Positions 40,301 to 52,300 of a stretch of 64,000 bases of DNA are shown piece by piece. Origin of the DNA: Balanoglossus misakiensis (Eukaryota > Animalia > Hemichordata); NCBI GenBank assembly GCA_040954595.2, contig CM082586.2, positions 4,074,349 through 4,138,348 on the forward strand, written 5' to 3'. Both the position numbers and the translations under genes were made by a program. A model generated the notes under the pieces. That model worked only from the letters and a program-made list of their open reading frames with translations. It was not told the DNA's origin and made no database searches. The stretch's first letter is position 1. The number at the start of each line of letters is the position of its first letter.

Positions 40301-43300
40301 TCGGTTGGTTGGGTTTCAGATCCAACAGTGAAATCAGAATTTGAATTTAAGAACATGTACAATGCCTTCAGTACCCCAGAATTTTAACTTCTCTATGTTT
40401 GCAAAAGCCTAGATTATTCTGGACTTTAATCTTTGCTTCATCGACTTTCCTGTTGTGTTTTGCAGGCATTGCTGTCTCAACAGACCGACCTAGATGATCT
40501 GCAGTATGAGAGGTACTTCAACTTTGCCTGTATCTGGGCATTTGGTGGCACCCTGGAACAGAGATACAGATCGACATTCAGTCACTGGTGGAGACAACAA
40601 TGGAGTAAAAGAATCGACTATCCTGAAGACGGAGAGGTGAGTGTACTGTGAGAGATCTGGGTATGTGTTATGTATCACACTCATTTGATCGCAAGCATAA
40701 AAAAATTGTAGTTCTGTCATTTGCTGAGTTACAAAATACTTCATCACAGTGCTTTCTTGTTATATTTCCAGGTGTGGGATTACTTGGTTGACAGTGAGAC
40801 CAATGAATTCATTCACTGGCAAGATGCTGTTCCAGTTTATAGCATGCCTCCCCATGAAGGAATCCCAGAGGATGCCTTTGTACACACAATGTCCATTGAA
40901 GTAAGTTGTTTGTCTATTTTGAGTAGATTAAAATTCCTCCAACTACTTTAAAAGAAAACTGTTTTTCACTGTTTGAAATGAGATTTGTGATGATAAAGTG
41001 AAATGCAGTGAAAGTGCTCAATTTGTAATGCAATTGATTGATAATCTTAATTTCAGCAATTATCCTACCTGCTTGGTTTATTGAGCGACGCCGGCAAACC
41101 TGTCATGTTGGTTGGTGATAGTGGATGTGGTAAGACGGCCATTGTTAATGACAGAATCAGGACTGTGTGTTCGGGTGAAGTGGCTGAAGTTTTGGCACTG
41201 ACTGTCCACGCTAACAGGTGAGATATCGCAAAACACAATTTACACTTGAATCATCTTGGAAGCAACAACACACAGTTCGACTAATTATTTGTCTGTAGAT
41301 TGGAAAGTGTCGTTGAAATTTTGCATCGATCATAGATGGACAATTACCTTTATGGGAATTAGCATGTTCGGAAACTGGCATTTTAACTTGCAAACGTCTG
41401 AAAACTGGCAAGTTCTGGAATTTTTTAGATAGTCTGGGAGATAGACTCATATGGAGCGTACATTAAAAGATTACCCCTGTTAAACATTTGTCGATCTTTT
41501 CTTATCATTGCAGATTCACCACAGCCAGATTGCTGTGGCAGAGATTGGAAGAGAGACTGGAATGGAAACATGGCAGGACGTATGTGCCAAAAGGAAACAA
41601 GAAATTGATGTGTCTTGTGGATGATCTCAACCTAGCCAAGGTAATACATGTTACTAGTATGTCTTGTCATGTCACATCACATGTCCTGGATGATACACTA
41701 CACACTGTAAATTCCTCAGAATCTCATTACTGTCTTCTGTGTGTTCGATTTCAGGTTGACAGTTCAGGCAGCCAGTCTGCCTGTGAAATGGTACGTCAAC
41801 ACATCGACTGTGGCGGCGTTTATGACCCGGACAAGAGGGCTTGGAGAACGGTCAACAATGTGACCTACGTGACCACACTGAATCCAAGTATTTCGGCCAG
41901 TGTGCCCAAACCAAGCCAGAGATTGCTACGTCACTTTGCCGTCCTCGGATGCCCCTATCCAAGGTGATTATTTTTATAAATAATTATTGTTATAAACTTT
42001 ATATGTAGAATTCTTGTAATAATAAAAAAAAACACTTCCAATTTATTATTTTAACTGTTCATAAAACTGCTATCCTGTTTCTCATCTATGCCCTGGTTTT
42101 CTTTCAGTGCCAATGAGACACATGCAATATTTTCAACCCTGGTAAACACACACTTCCTGACGCCCCATACTTCATCAGCCACTGGCATCAGAGAGAAGGT
42201 ACGTTGAAGTCATCTACGGTGTCAGTTCATCTCATGCTGTGTTTGACCCTATTCCGTAAAATGGAGAGAAAAGGGCTGCCATTTTTGTGTGTGTTTCTCA
42301 TCGCCTAGCCACATAAATTTGGCACGATCACCGAGAGACATTTCTCGATGGAATTTTAGACTTCATAGATGATGTTTTCTGTTTCCCTTGGCGATAGATT
42401 TTGCATTCCGAGTTCAAAGAGGAAGAGCAACTGCGAGACTTGTTGTCTGTCGTCGTCAAGGTAACCATCGAAGTGCAGGACAAGATGAGGAGCATGTTCT
42501 TGCCGACGGCAGAAAGATGCCATTACATCTTCACGCTCAGAGACATGATGACGATATTCAGGTGAGCAGAGTTTGACTAAGTTCCTGAACCTATTCACCC
42601 CCATGTCCTAATGTAGAAGTCCCAATTTATCATAGAAGACAACTGATTTGGACCAAACCATGGTGGTGAAAGGGTCGAAGTCATGCCATTAGAAAAAGAT
42701 TAAATGGCTACTGTACTCTTTTATGAGATTCACTAGACCCCACACTAAGTTTGTGCTGATTTTCTTGATCGCAAAATATAAATCTTACTAGAATAACGAG
42801 ACGATGGAAATAAAACACATCAAGTCACTAGACTGTATTGCTTTATTTTTTCTCTTGGTAGAAATATCTGCCTGTCGCTGAAACCAAGATGCAAGAAAGA
42901 GGACCTCTTGTTGCTATGGCGACATGAGTGCCAGTGGGTGTATGGGGAGAAGTGTGTCAATTCTGTGGATGCCGACAGATACCAGCTGGCATTTGTCACT
43001 GCTGCAAGAAAGTTATTCACCAACGAAGAACTGGTAAGTTGGCATCAGTATAAGGCACAAAATTTTGTCAGAAATTGGATATTATGGAGCTTTTTCCGTT
43101 TCCTTCTCCTTTTTTCCAATCGAGTGGTTTTATCAAACCATACACCAAAGGGACTGAAAAATGATTTTTCGTTTTGCAGAGGTATCTGGTTTATAGAGGT
43201 TCTTTAACATATAGTTTCATGCGAATGACTGGCATGTGTGTTCAGTATAGACAGGTTTCCAGAATAGACAGGGTTTGGTTTAGATAGCTTTGCCTGTACT

Positions 43301-46300
43301 TGGTTCTGACAGACAACGAACTTACACTTAGCAATCAGTCATAGTATCCCTGATCTGATCACCTCTCTCTGCGTCCAGCTTCAGACAGTGGTGAGTACGG
43401 ACCAGCCGATGTTCAGCAACCTAGTGGAACAAGACAGCGGTATCGTCATGGCCGGTGTCTATCGACCGTCGTCGGGGAGCACCGTCGGCGGGGAGGAAGA
43501 CAGCACCGACCAATACCAAGCTTGCTGGCAGGAGGACAAATTGAGATTCCTGGTTGAACATTCGCTGGAGGAGTACAATAAAACCCATCCGAGAATGAAA
43601 CTGGCTTTGTACAGGGTAAGTTGTATTCTGTTTCAGAACTTCTGTGCCACTTCTTGTGCATGAGATTTGTTTTTTAATCAAGTAAATATTTACAGGGTAG
43701 GTTCTTCTACTAGATGCAGAGCATAGTATTACTGGGAATTCATTTTCAGTATATTTGCTGGTATCTGCATGATTTTGGCTGAAACAAAATTGCTGTGAAA
43801 ATGCCAATATTCTTTAACCCTTTCACGGCCTTGGTTTGGTCCAAATCTGTTGTTTTCTATGGTAATATTGGATCTCTATAAAAGGAACTGGGGGTGAAAG
43901 GGTTAGGAAGCATAGGACAAATTCATCCTGCAACTCTAAACTTCTGGCTTCAGCTCTGATAATTTTTGTTTTCTGTTACCTTCTCCTGCAGGAAACCATT
44001 GAGAGAGTATGCCGCATTGCTCGGTCTATCCACTCACCTCATAAAGTGGGCCATCAGTTGTTGGTGGCTGAAGGCTGCCCCGGGCTGGCCTCCATCATGA
44101 CCAAGCTGGCGGCTAATCTCTGCGGATATACCGTCTTTAATATTAATCCGTCCCCGGTCACCTCCAGTGTGGATTACAAGATGGATCAGTTCAAATCTGA
44201 TCTGGTGACGGCGTACACAAAGACAGCTGTCAAGGTGAGTGTGGTGGTTATGACTGAGTAAATAGAGTCACTGTGCCAGTCTATCTACCTATCTGCCTGC
44301 CTGTCTGATGAAATCCTATTCACGTATAATGACAAATATGATCACAGAATTCAGAGTCCACTTCCATCATCGATAATAATAACTCACCATTCATGGATTT
44401 CTTTCAGGGTGAGAAGATACTTCTGTTGATGAACGAAGATGAACTCTTGGATGAAGATTTCCTGATCTATGTGGGAGAGTTCATCGAAAACGGATCCATC
44501 ACTCACCTCTTCTCGTATGAGGAGCAGACAACTATCATCAATTCTATCCGCACAGAAGTCACGGCCGCCGGACTGACGTACACCAGAGAAGTTGCCTGGA
44601 ACTATTTCCTCAAGTAAGTTATTGGTCCCCACGGACTGGGTCCAGGGGGACCCATAAAATGGTAGTGACATCTCTGGGAACCGAAAATATTGTAAAACGG
44701 GAAATTTTCGCGAACGATAATTTTTTGGCATACTTGGCGAGAGTCAGAAAAAAGGAAATAGATAGTCGTGAATTTTGAAAATGTGCTAAGTGAAATAAGA
44801 ACACGGTAATAACCTTTTCTAATCTTGGTTTTTGTCTTGAAAAATCTGTCCTGAATAGAGAAGTGTCCTGATTACAGACTGAGGTGTCCGGAATCACATA
44901 CCTCACTCGTATCAACAGTTCTGAAAATTTAGACTCCAGGTCACACACACATACTAACAATGTATGCTGTTGTTGTTTGTATTTGACAGGACTGTACAGA
45001 ACAACTTCCGCGTCGTTCTGACTTCATCCAGTGGAAGCACAGCATTCCAGAGACGATGCCGGGAATATCCGACCGTAACCAGCCATTTGAGGTGTCTGTG
45101 GTTCCCCCACTGGTCCAAGGAGAAACTTGTCGCACATGCGTTCTATCACCTCAAAGGTAAATTGGTACTCCCTTAGTTAATTCCACCTTATTCAACCTGG
45201 CTGTACATGTTGATGTCTTGCCACAGAAGCCTACCTAATAACACCCACTCTTGTATCTCTGCAACTAGATTTGACGAGCATATCATACATACAGAAGGAA
45301 AATCTGGCGCATCTGTTGGCTACGATCCATATCGCAATACGTCACCTAGATGGCCGGGAGAGAGATGCTGGCAGCTACAACCACCTCACTAATACTTCCT
45401 ACGAGAAATTCATCGAGAGGCAAGTAGATATATTTTATGTAACACGCATTTTGAAATACACTACTCAAATTGCAGATGTTAGTGTGAGATCATGGTTTGT
45501 CTTCCAATCTCATTATTACTCTTTATTCCCAGAGTGCTCAGGCCATTTGAGGTTAAAACAGAACATTTTTATCAACAAATATTTGCTCCTGTTTTTTTTT
45601 TTCAGATTCATCTCTGTTGCCAAGGAGCGAGATGAAATGATCGAGAATGAACACGCAATAATGACCCAAGCTCTGCAGCACATCGACAAAGAAAATGAAC
45701 TTGCGTTCAGATTGAAGAAACAACTGGAGCACGAAAAAGTGGTACTGGAGGAAAGAAAGGAGGTACAGTCCGAGTTACACTTTTATTGTCAAATTCAGAT
45801 ATTTTTCAGTCGTTTGACCTGATTTTGTTCTGATGTTTTTCTCTGGGCAAGATAAGACCATAGATTTCTGGAAATTTGTACTATTCGCAAACTTTCTGGA
45901 TCAGTGGCTGAATTTAATGTTTGTTTAATACTTTATGTTGCGTCTAATGGAGTCTATCATATTGATCTCATAACCATGGTCAATAATGTCTTGATTTTTG
46001 CACATAGGGCACTGTCAAACTGTTGTCTCAAATTGGACAAGACACAGCCATTGCTGAACAACAAGTCAAAATTGTCAGAAAGCAAGAAGAGAAGATTGAA
46101 AACCTCAGAAAGGTAAGCGTTTGACAGAAATACATTCTGCAGCCAAGTTGAATCAAATCCATGGGTACGACAACAAACCAAGTCTTACAGGATCTTGCAA
46201 TGAGTGAGAAAACATCTGTGATCATGTTCAATGTTGATGGTCTATGATTGTTACTTTCCTCCCCCAGGCGTTGCCACGGTACCAGATAGCGCACGAGAGA

Positions 46301-49300
46301 GCCATCTTCAAAGCGTCGCGTATCGTGAAAGACACAAAACAAGTGGTGGAGTCATTGGACACAACAAGTCTTGCAGAGTTGAGGTCAATGCAAAAACCTG
46401 ACGTGGACATTGAGGATCTGATGGGTGCCATTATCATGATATGTGAGTCGCCATTTTGCTTGGTATAGAACCAGTGTTAAGTGCGAATGGATGCATAGGA
46501 TTGTTACCCCCTGACATTACCATTGCTAAGGTCAGGGCATACTGGGTAAGTGATCAGTGTGTAAATGTCCAGGGGGTGGCTGACCTAGAGTCAGAACATC
46601 AGTGTTGCTTATACCTAGCATCTCTGATCATTGGAATCATCAGCAGACATCATATTGTATGCAAGTGTCTGTATTGTTTGAGCTTTAGCACGCTGACCCC
46701 TGAAAATGGTGTAAGATTATTTCAAATCGAACTCACTTTATGATTGTATGTAGTACACTTCCATCCAGGGTTTGCACACTCTTGGAAGTTTGAATTGCTT
46801 AGCGTGTATGAACCCTGTCCATCTTTTAATAAAAATAAAACATTTTATTTCTTCATCACTAGTGAAAAGCCCATCGGCTGATCTGACATGGAGCAAAGGA
46901 GCAAAGAGACAGATGGCCAACATGGATAGGTAAGTTGTGTGTTCAGCAGTTCAGGCTAAAGAGTGTTTCACAGTCACTGTAATCTGTCTGTCCTACAGAT
47001 ACCCAGCAAACACTGTGTTAGCATATCAGCAGTGTTGATGGAAAGATCAAGTATTCATAGTGAGATATTAATAAAATTTGGCAATTGCAGGTTCATTGAT
47101 GAATTAATGGGTTTTGATGAGAATCAGCTGCCAGAGCCGACCTTGAATCTGGTGGAGCCCTATCTGAAGAAAACCTCGTTTATTCCTGAAAATATGATGA
47201 GGAAGACCAACAATGTGGCCACGGGATCACTCTGTAAGTGGCTTCGAGGGGTCATCAGGTATGTGGAAATTCCAGTTGTAGTGCTTGGCTAGCTCTCCTG
47301 ACTGAATCTAGCATACATAGGCATCTGGACATCAGAATCGTATATTATTTGTGGGAAATACCTTTACTGCACTGTGACTAGGAAAAGAACTTCCTCTTTG
47401 AAGTTTTCGTGAAATTGGTTTTGAATAATCAGTTTTGGTTTACCCAACTTGCCTCATCATTCCCTCCCTGTTGTTTTTGACGTAGGTACCATCGTTTGAT
47501 GATATCAAAGGTGAAACCGTTGCATTCCAAAGTAGAGGAGACGGCAGCTGCAGTGGAGGATGCGGAACACAAACTATCAACTCTCCAGAATAAGAGAAAG
47601 GTAACTATGACAGGAATCTGCGTAATATTATGTGAGGTCAATGGAAAATAGAAATAGGAAAGTGAATGTATATTTCAAAGTACAGACCACACTAATCTGT
47701 GAAGGGAAAACCTCATACAACTACATGTACAGTACTGCAGAATGACTCAGTGTATCTCAGAGTATTAGCATTCACATCAATAATTTTCTTCTCTGTGAAG
47801 GCGTTAGAAGATCGTCTTGCAGACCTGGCCAACGGTTTCGAAGAAGCCACGGTCGACAAGAACGACCAGGATGAGAAAACAAGGAAAATGGACCAGCAAC
47901 TTGAAACTGCTGCCAAGTTCAGACAAGTAAGTATTGGCTTAATATTAGTTCATTAACAAATCAAGAGCAAAACATTTCATTATTCATTGTTGCTTAAGTT
48001 AAAATTTGACGAGAGAACTGTTGCTAGTTTCTTAAATACATGCTTTGTTCTCATTCAGATCCTTGCTACAGAGCACGAACACTGTCTCCAGATCTACGAA
48101 TCTCTCCCAAGACGTAAAGCAGCCATTCCCGGCAGTGCCGCCATGGCCGCCGCTTTTGCCACCTACCTCGGACCGTACGACCACAACTTCCGCCGGGCCA
48201 TGCTGACCATTCATTGGCCGATGTGTCTTCGGGAACGTGGTGTGCCATTGGTCATTGATTCTATCGATCCAATGAAAGGTCAGATGTCTATTTGAGTCAC
48301 TAGAAATTACTCTCTGTCCTGTGTACTGTAAAACCTGTCTAAATCGAACCCTGTCCAATCTTGAAATCTGTACTAAGTGTATTTCCAGTTCCTTTTACAT
48401 AGGGTAGGATTAATGAACTGTTAAAAGCAGACATCTCTGCAAACCAAAAAACTTTTCTCAGTTCCTTCGGTGTCAAGTTTAGATTGATTCTACAGTATGT
48501 TACAACTTTTTGTGTGCATAGATCTTCTCAATTATCTCAGTTCCTATATGCAAGAGAAATCCATGAGAAAATGTTGAAATTAGTCAACAGTGTGATGAAA
48601 TTGTCATCTTTTTGATGTTACTTTTACAGGTCGTATAGTGGACTGGGCCATTGATGGCGGGCGAGCCACGGGACTGAACACGCAGGAACCAAGTTTTGTC
48701 ATCATTGAAGAAGAAGATGAGGGTGAAGAAAGTGGAATCGAAGATGATGGTGAAGACAAAGAGGAAAAGGTCCATAGCTTTTCTCATGTTCCGTTTCGTC
48801 TACTACATTTCAAACATAGGATTTCCAGTACGTCGTAAACAATGCTGACACTGTCGTTGTTTTGCATCTGTAGCAAGCTGATGGTGATGCTGCTGGCAAG
48901 ATGGAAGATGAAGGAGAAGAAAAGGAGGGTGGAGAGAATGAGAAAGATGATGGAGAAAGAGAGAAACCAACTGAAGACGCCGCTGAAAATGTTGAAGACG
49001 TCAAGGCTGGGAAAGGTTAGTGACGGCGACTTTAGTTGACAGTGTCTGCTTTGAAGTTCGACTTGGTATATTTCGATGGATGGTTCACATTGTCACAGTT
49101 TGACATTTTCCCAAAACATAACTCTACACACTGGTAATTTTATTATAATAATAGTAATGTTTTGTGTCTGATTTTTTAGCAGTTGGAGGTGGAGAGATGG
49201 AATTTGCTAACACGGGTGGAGATGCAATGATGGAAACAAGCAGTGAAATGAGCGAGAGTAGATATGCCTACACAGCTGAGACGTTACCGAACATCACACA

Positions 49301-52300
49301 GCAAGAATACACCCAGTATACCCGGGCATTGGTCAAAATCATGGTTGGGGATAAGGTGTTACAGGAATGGATTACTAAAGGTGATTATGAGTGTATTATC
49401 TGTGGATAGATTTGAGCTTTGGTACCCCTTCTATGATAAACTGATTCCCCCCCCCCCCCAAAAAAAAAAAAAAAAAAAAAAAAGGTAAAAATTTGATATT
49501 TTATGCGCAGGTCTAAGCCCGCGTGAAATCGAGAATGCGGCCATCTTGCAGACGTCATGGCAACGGCCGCCCCTGATCATCGATCCTTACATGAACGGCG
49601 TCAAGTGGATGAGAAGATCTGTTCCCAGAAGAAGTAAATTAATCTGTGTTGACATGCAAACAAGGTCAGTCAGTCTCTCATGTCAAAAAGTGACCTTATC
49701 ATTCTTAACATATTCCTCCATGTGCTTTGTAGCGAGATGACTTTGTCTTCGTCACTCAGTATCCATGGATACAGTGTATTCAGCAGATCCGGCTAAACAT
49801 CAAAAGGTTTATAAATATAATGATGAAATTCACACAGACTTTAACAGCTTGCAAGCAGTTTCCCAAAATGTATTGGGGCTTTGTCTTTCAATAAATATTC
49901 TCCTCACAGCAATTATGCCAGGTCTTTACCTATGCTTGGTATATTCAATGAAATGAGTGTTAATTTTTATGTTTTAAATATTTCCCCTTTTCTTCCCATG
50001 GACATGCACTATTCAATGTTATAGATGGTATGTATGCTTCTTTTCAAAGAGTCACTTTGAATGGCTTTTAATGCATGGCATGCTGATCATTTGGGGGTAA
50101 ATCTAATTATAAATGGATGGTGACAGTTATCAGGTTTAAATCAAGGAATTTGGTGTTTTCATCCAGAGATAAGAATGAGTTAAACAAGACAGACAAACAG
50201 ATAAACATACATAAATGCATATGTACATAGTTACATTACATATACATGTGTATGTACATGTATATACGTACATGCATAATACAGACATACATGTCATTCC
50301 CCCCAGACAATCTTAGATTTTCTGGTCCACCAGAATGAATATAAAAGTTTGGACATCAAAGCGTATTGGATGGAAATTATATGTGTCATGGAAAACTTTC
50401 ATAATCATACGTGTGTCTCATGTTCACTGACGTGTTTGCTGTTGTGTTGTTTTATGTGTAGTTTATAAAAGTTGATTTGTCTCTTCAAATTCATTAATTG
50501 TCACTGCCGCATTTTAAGCTGGTGACTGTGATGTATACAGCCTGTTTGTACCAGGACTATTGGGTCATGCAAGCGTGCGTGTTACATACCTCAGGTTCAT
50601 TCCAGACTTGCCCTAGGTATAGGTCTCTACAGACTCAGTTTCTTGTCAATCCACTGGTTGTGATGGACGATTAAAATGTTATATTCACAGGCGACACCAA
50701 GAAGTGCAAACATATTCCAAAGACAAGTATGAGTTGTAAGCATTTGTTCAGGATTACCGTAGTCTACCCACTGGTCTGCAGTTGGCAAACGCATTTTCGG
50801 TCGGACGTACACACATGTACAGATTAATTTTGACCGCAGTTTAGTCGCTATGGTGATGTAGTGACAGTGAAGAAACATCAGTCCATCATTAATGAGAATA
50901 TAACCTCATAGTTGTCTGTGTGATTTCAGTAACACTCTAACACATGTCTAACGGTAGACTAGTTTTTACAAATTTGTATAACAACACATTCACATTGACC
51001 GATACTTATCCATTCACTTTTTTTTTTGTGATGAGAGATGATGTAACAATTATAAAATTCTAATCCTGTTTGATCTAACCTGACTCAAAATGTGATTTTG
51101 TTTTGTTTATTTTGTCAATTTTAGATCATACAGTATATTTAGTTTCAGGCATTGTTGCACCACACAATCATTCATTTAATTTTATTGAGATTTTTAGTTG
51201 GGTGTTCTCTAACATGTTTTTATTGATTTTGCACAAAACTATACTTTTGTTTAGACCATTTTAACACATTTTTCAATTGCTTACATACAGCTTAAGTGAA
51301 ATGAAATGGGGGTAGGTGTTCTGTTCGCACATCAGTGCTCTGTATTTGGCCTTTTTTGTTGAGTTTTTCTCGCTTTTTTTCTCAAAATCAATCTCCATTT
51401 TATTCGTTTTTCACCTTGAGCTTGATGTATGTGTTTGTTCTTTTTTGCCTCCATTTTAATACGGCACCTACTACATTCATGACAGCCTAACTGACTGGCA
51501 GCGTCTAAAGTCTCACAAAGCACCATCATTGCATCGCACTGCCATTTTAACTTCGATAATCGAGAAACATGTTACAAATCCAATGGTCAACGTATTAAAT
51601 TAGAGACATACATACTGTCAGACATACATACTGTCAGAAGTTTGCATCTAGGTTCTTGCGTCCCTTTTGCTAATAGGGACTGAGTTATCCAGTTTTCAGT
51701 AGAGAAGGGGGGGGGGGAGGGAGAGATAGAGAGGGAAGGCTGGGGGAGGGAGTGGAAGAGAGTGACTTTGTATCTCTAACCATGAACTTTTCTCTTCAAC
51801 AGGTAGCAGTTTATTCTCTCATTTGTATGCGACTAACACCTTCTGATAAGATAATGTGTAGTCCATGCTACACATAGAAGGTACATGTACACATGACTGA
51901 CAGAGCTAGAGCTTGGCAATGACTGTTGTCTTGTTTCGTCGCAGGTTCGATCCTTCCATCATCGTACAGATTGAGAAGGCCATTCTGGGTGGCCACCCGG
52001 TGCTGCTGATGAACTGTGAACCTCACGTAGACAGCATGGTGACCCCGCTCATCCATCACAGAAACACGGCCAACGAGAAAGATGAAAAAGAAGGTATGTT
52101 ACCCCCTCACAACACCCCCATTTTCTAATGGTATCACCCTAATGTGGACAGGGAGAGTCTATTGGGACATGCGGGTAGGGGTATCCATTAGGGTCGATGA
52201 ATTGGGTTTATTGAGTTTTCATTGGTGGTATAGACACGATGTTCAGTGTCTCTTAGTGTCTGCTCTCATCAATTTGGTCATGTCCATTTTTTATCATGGT

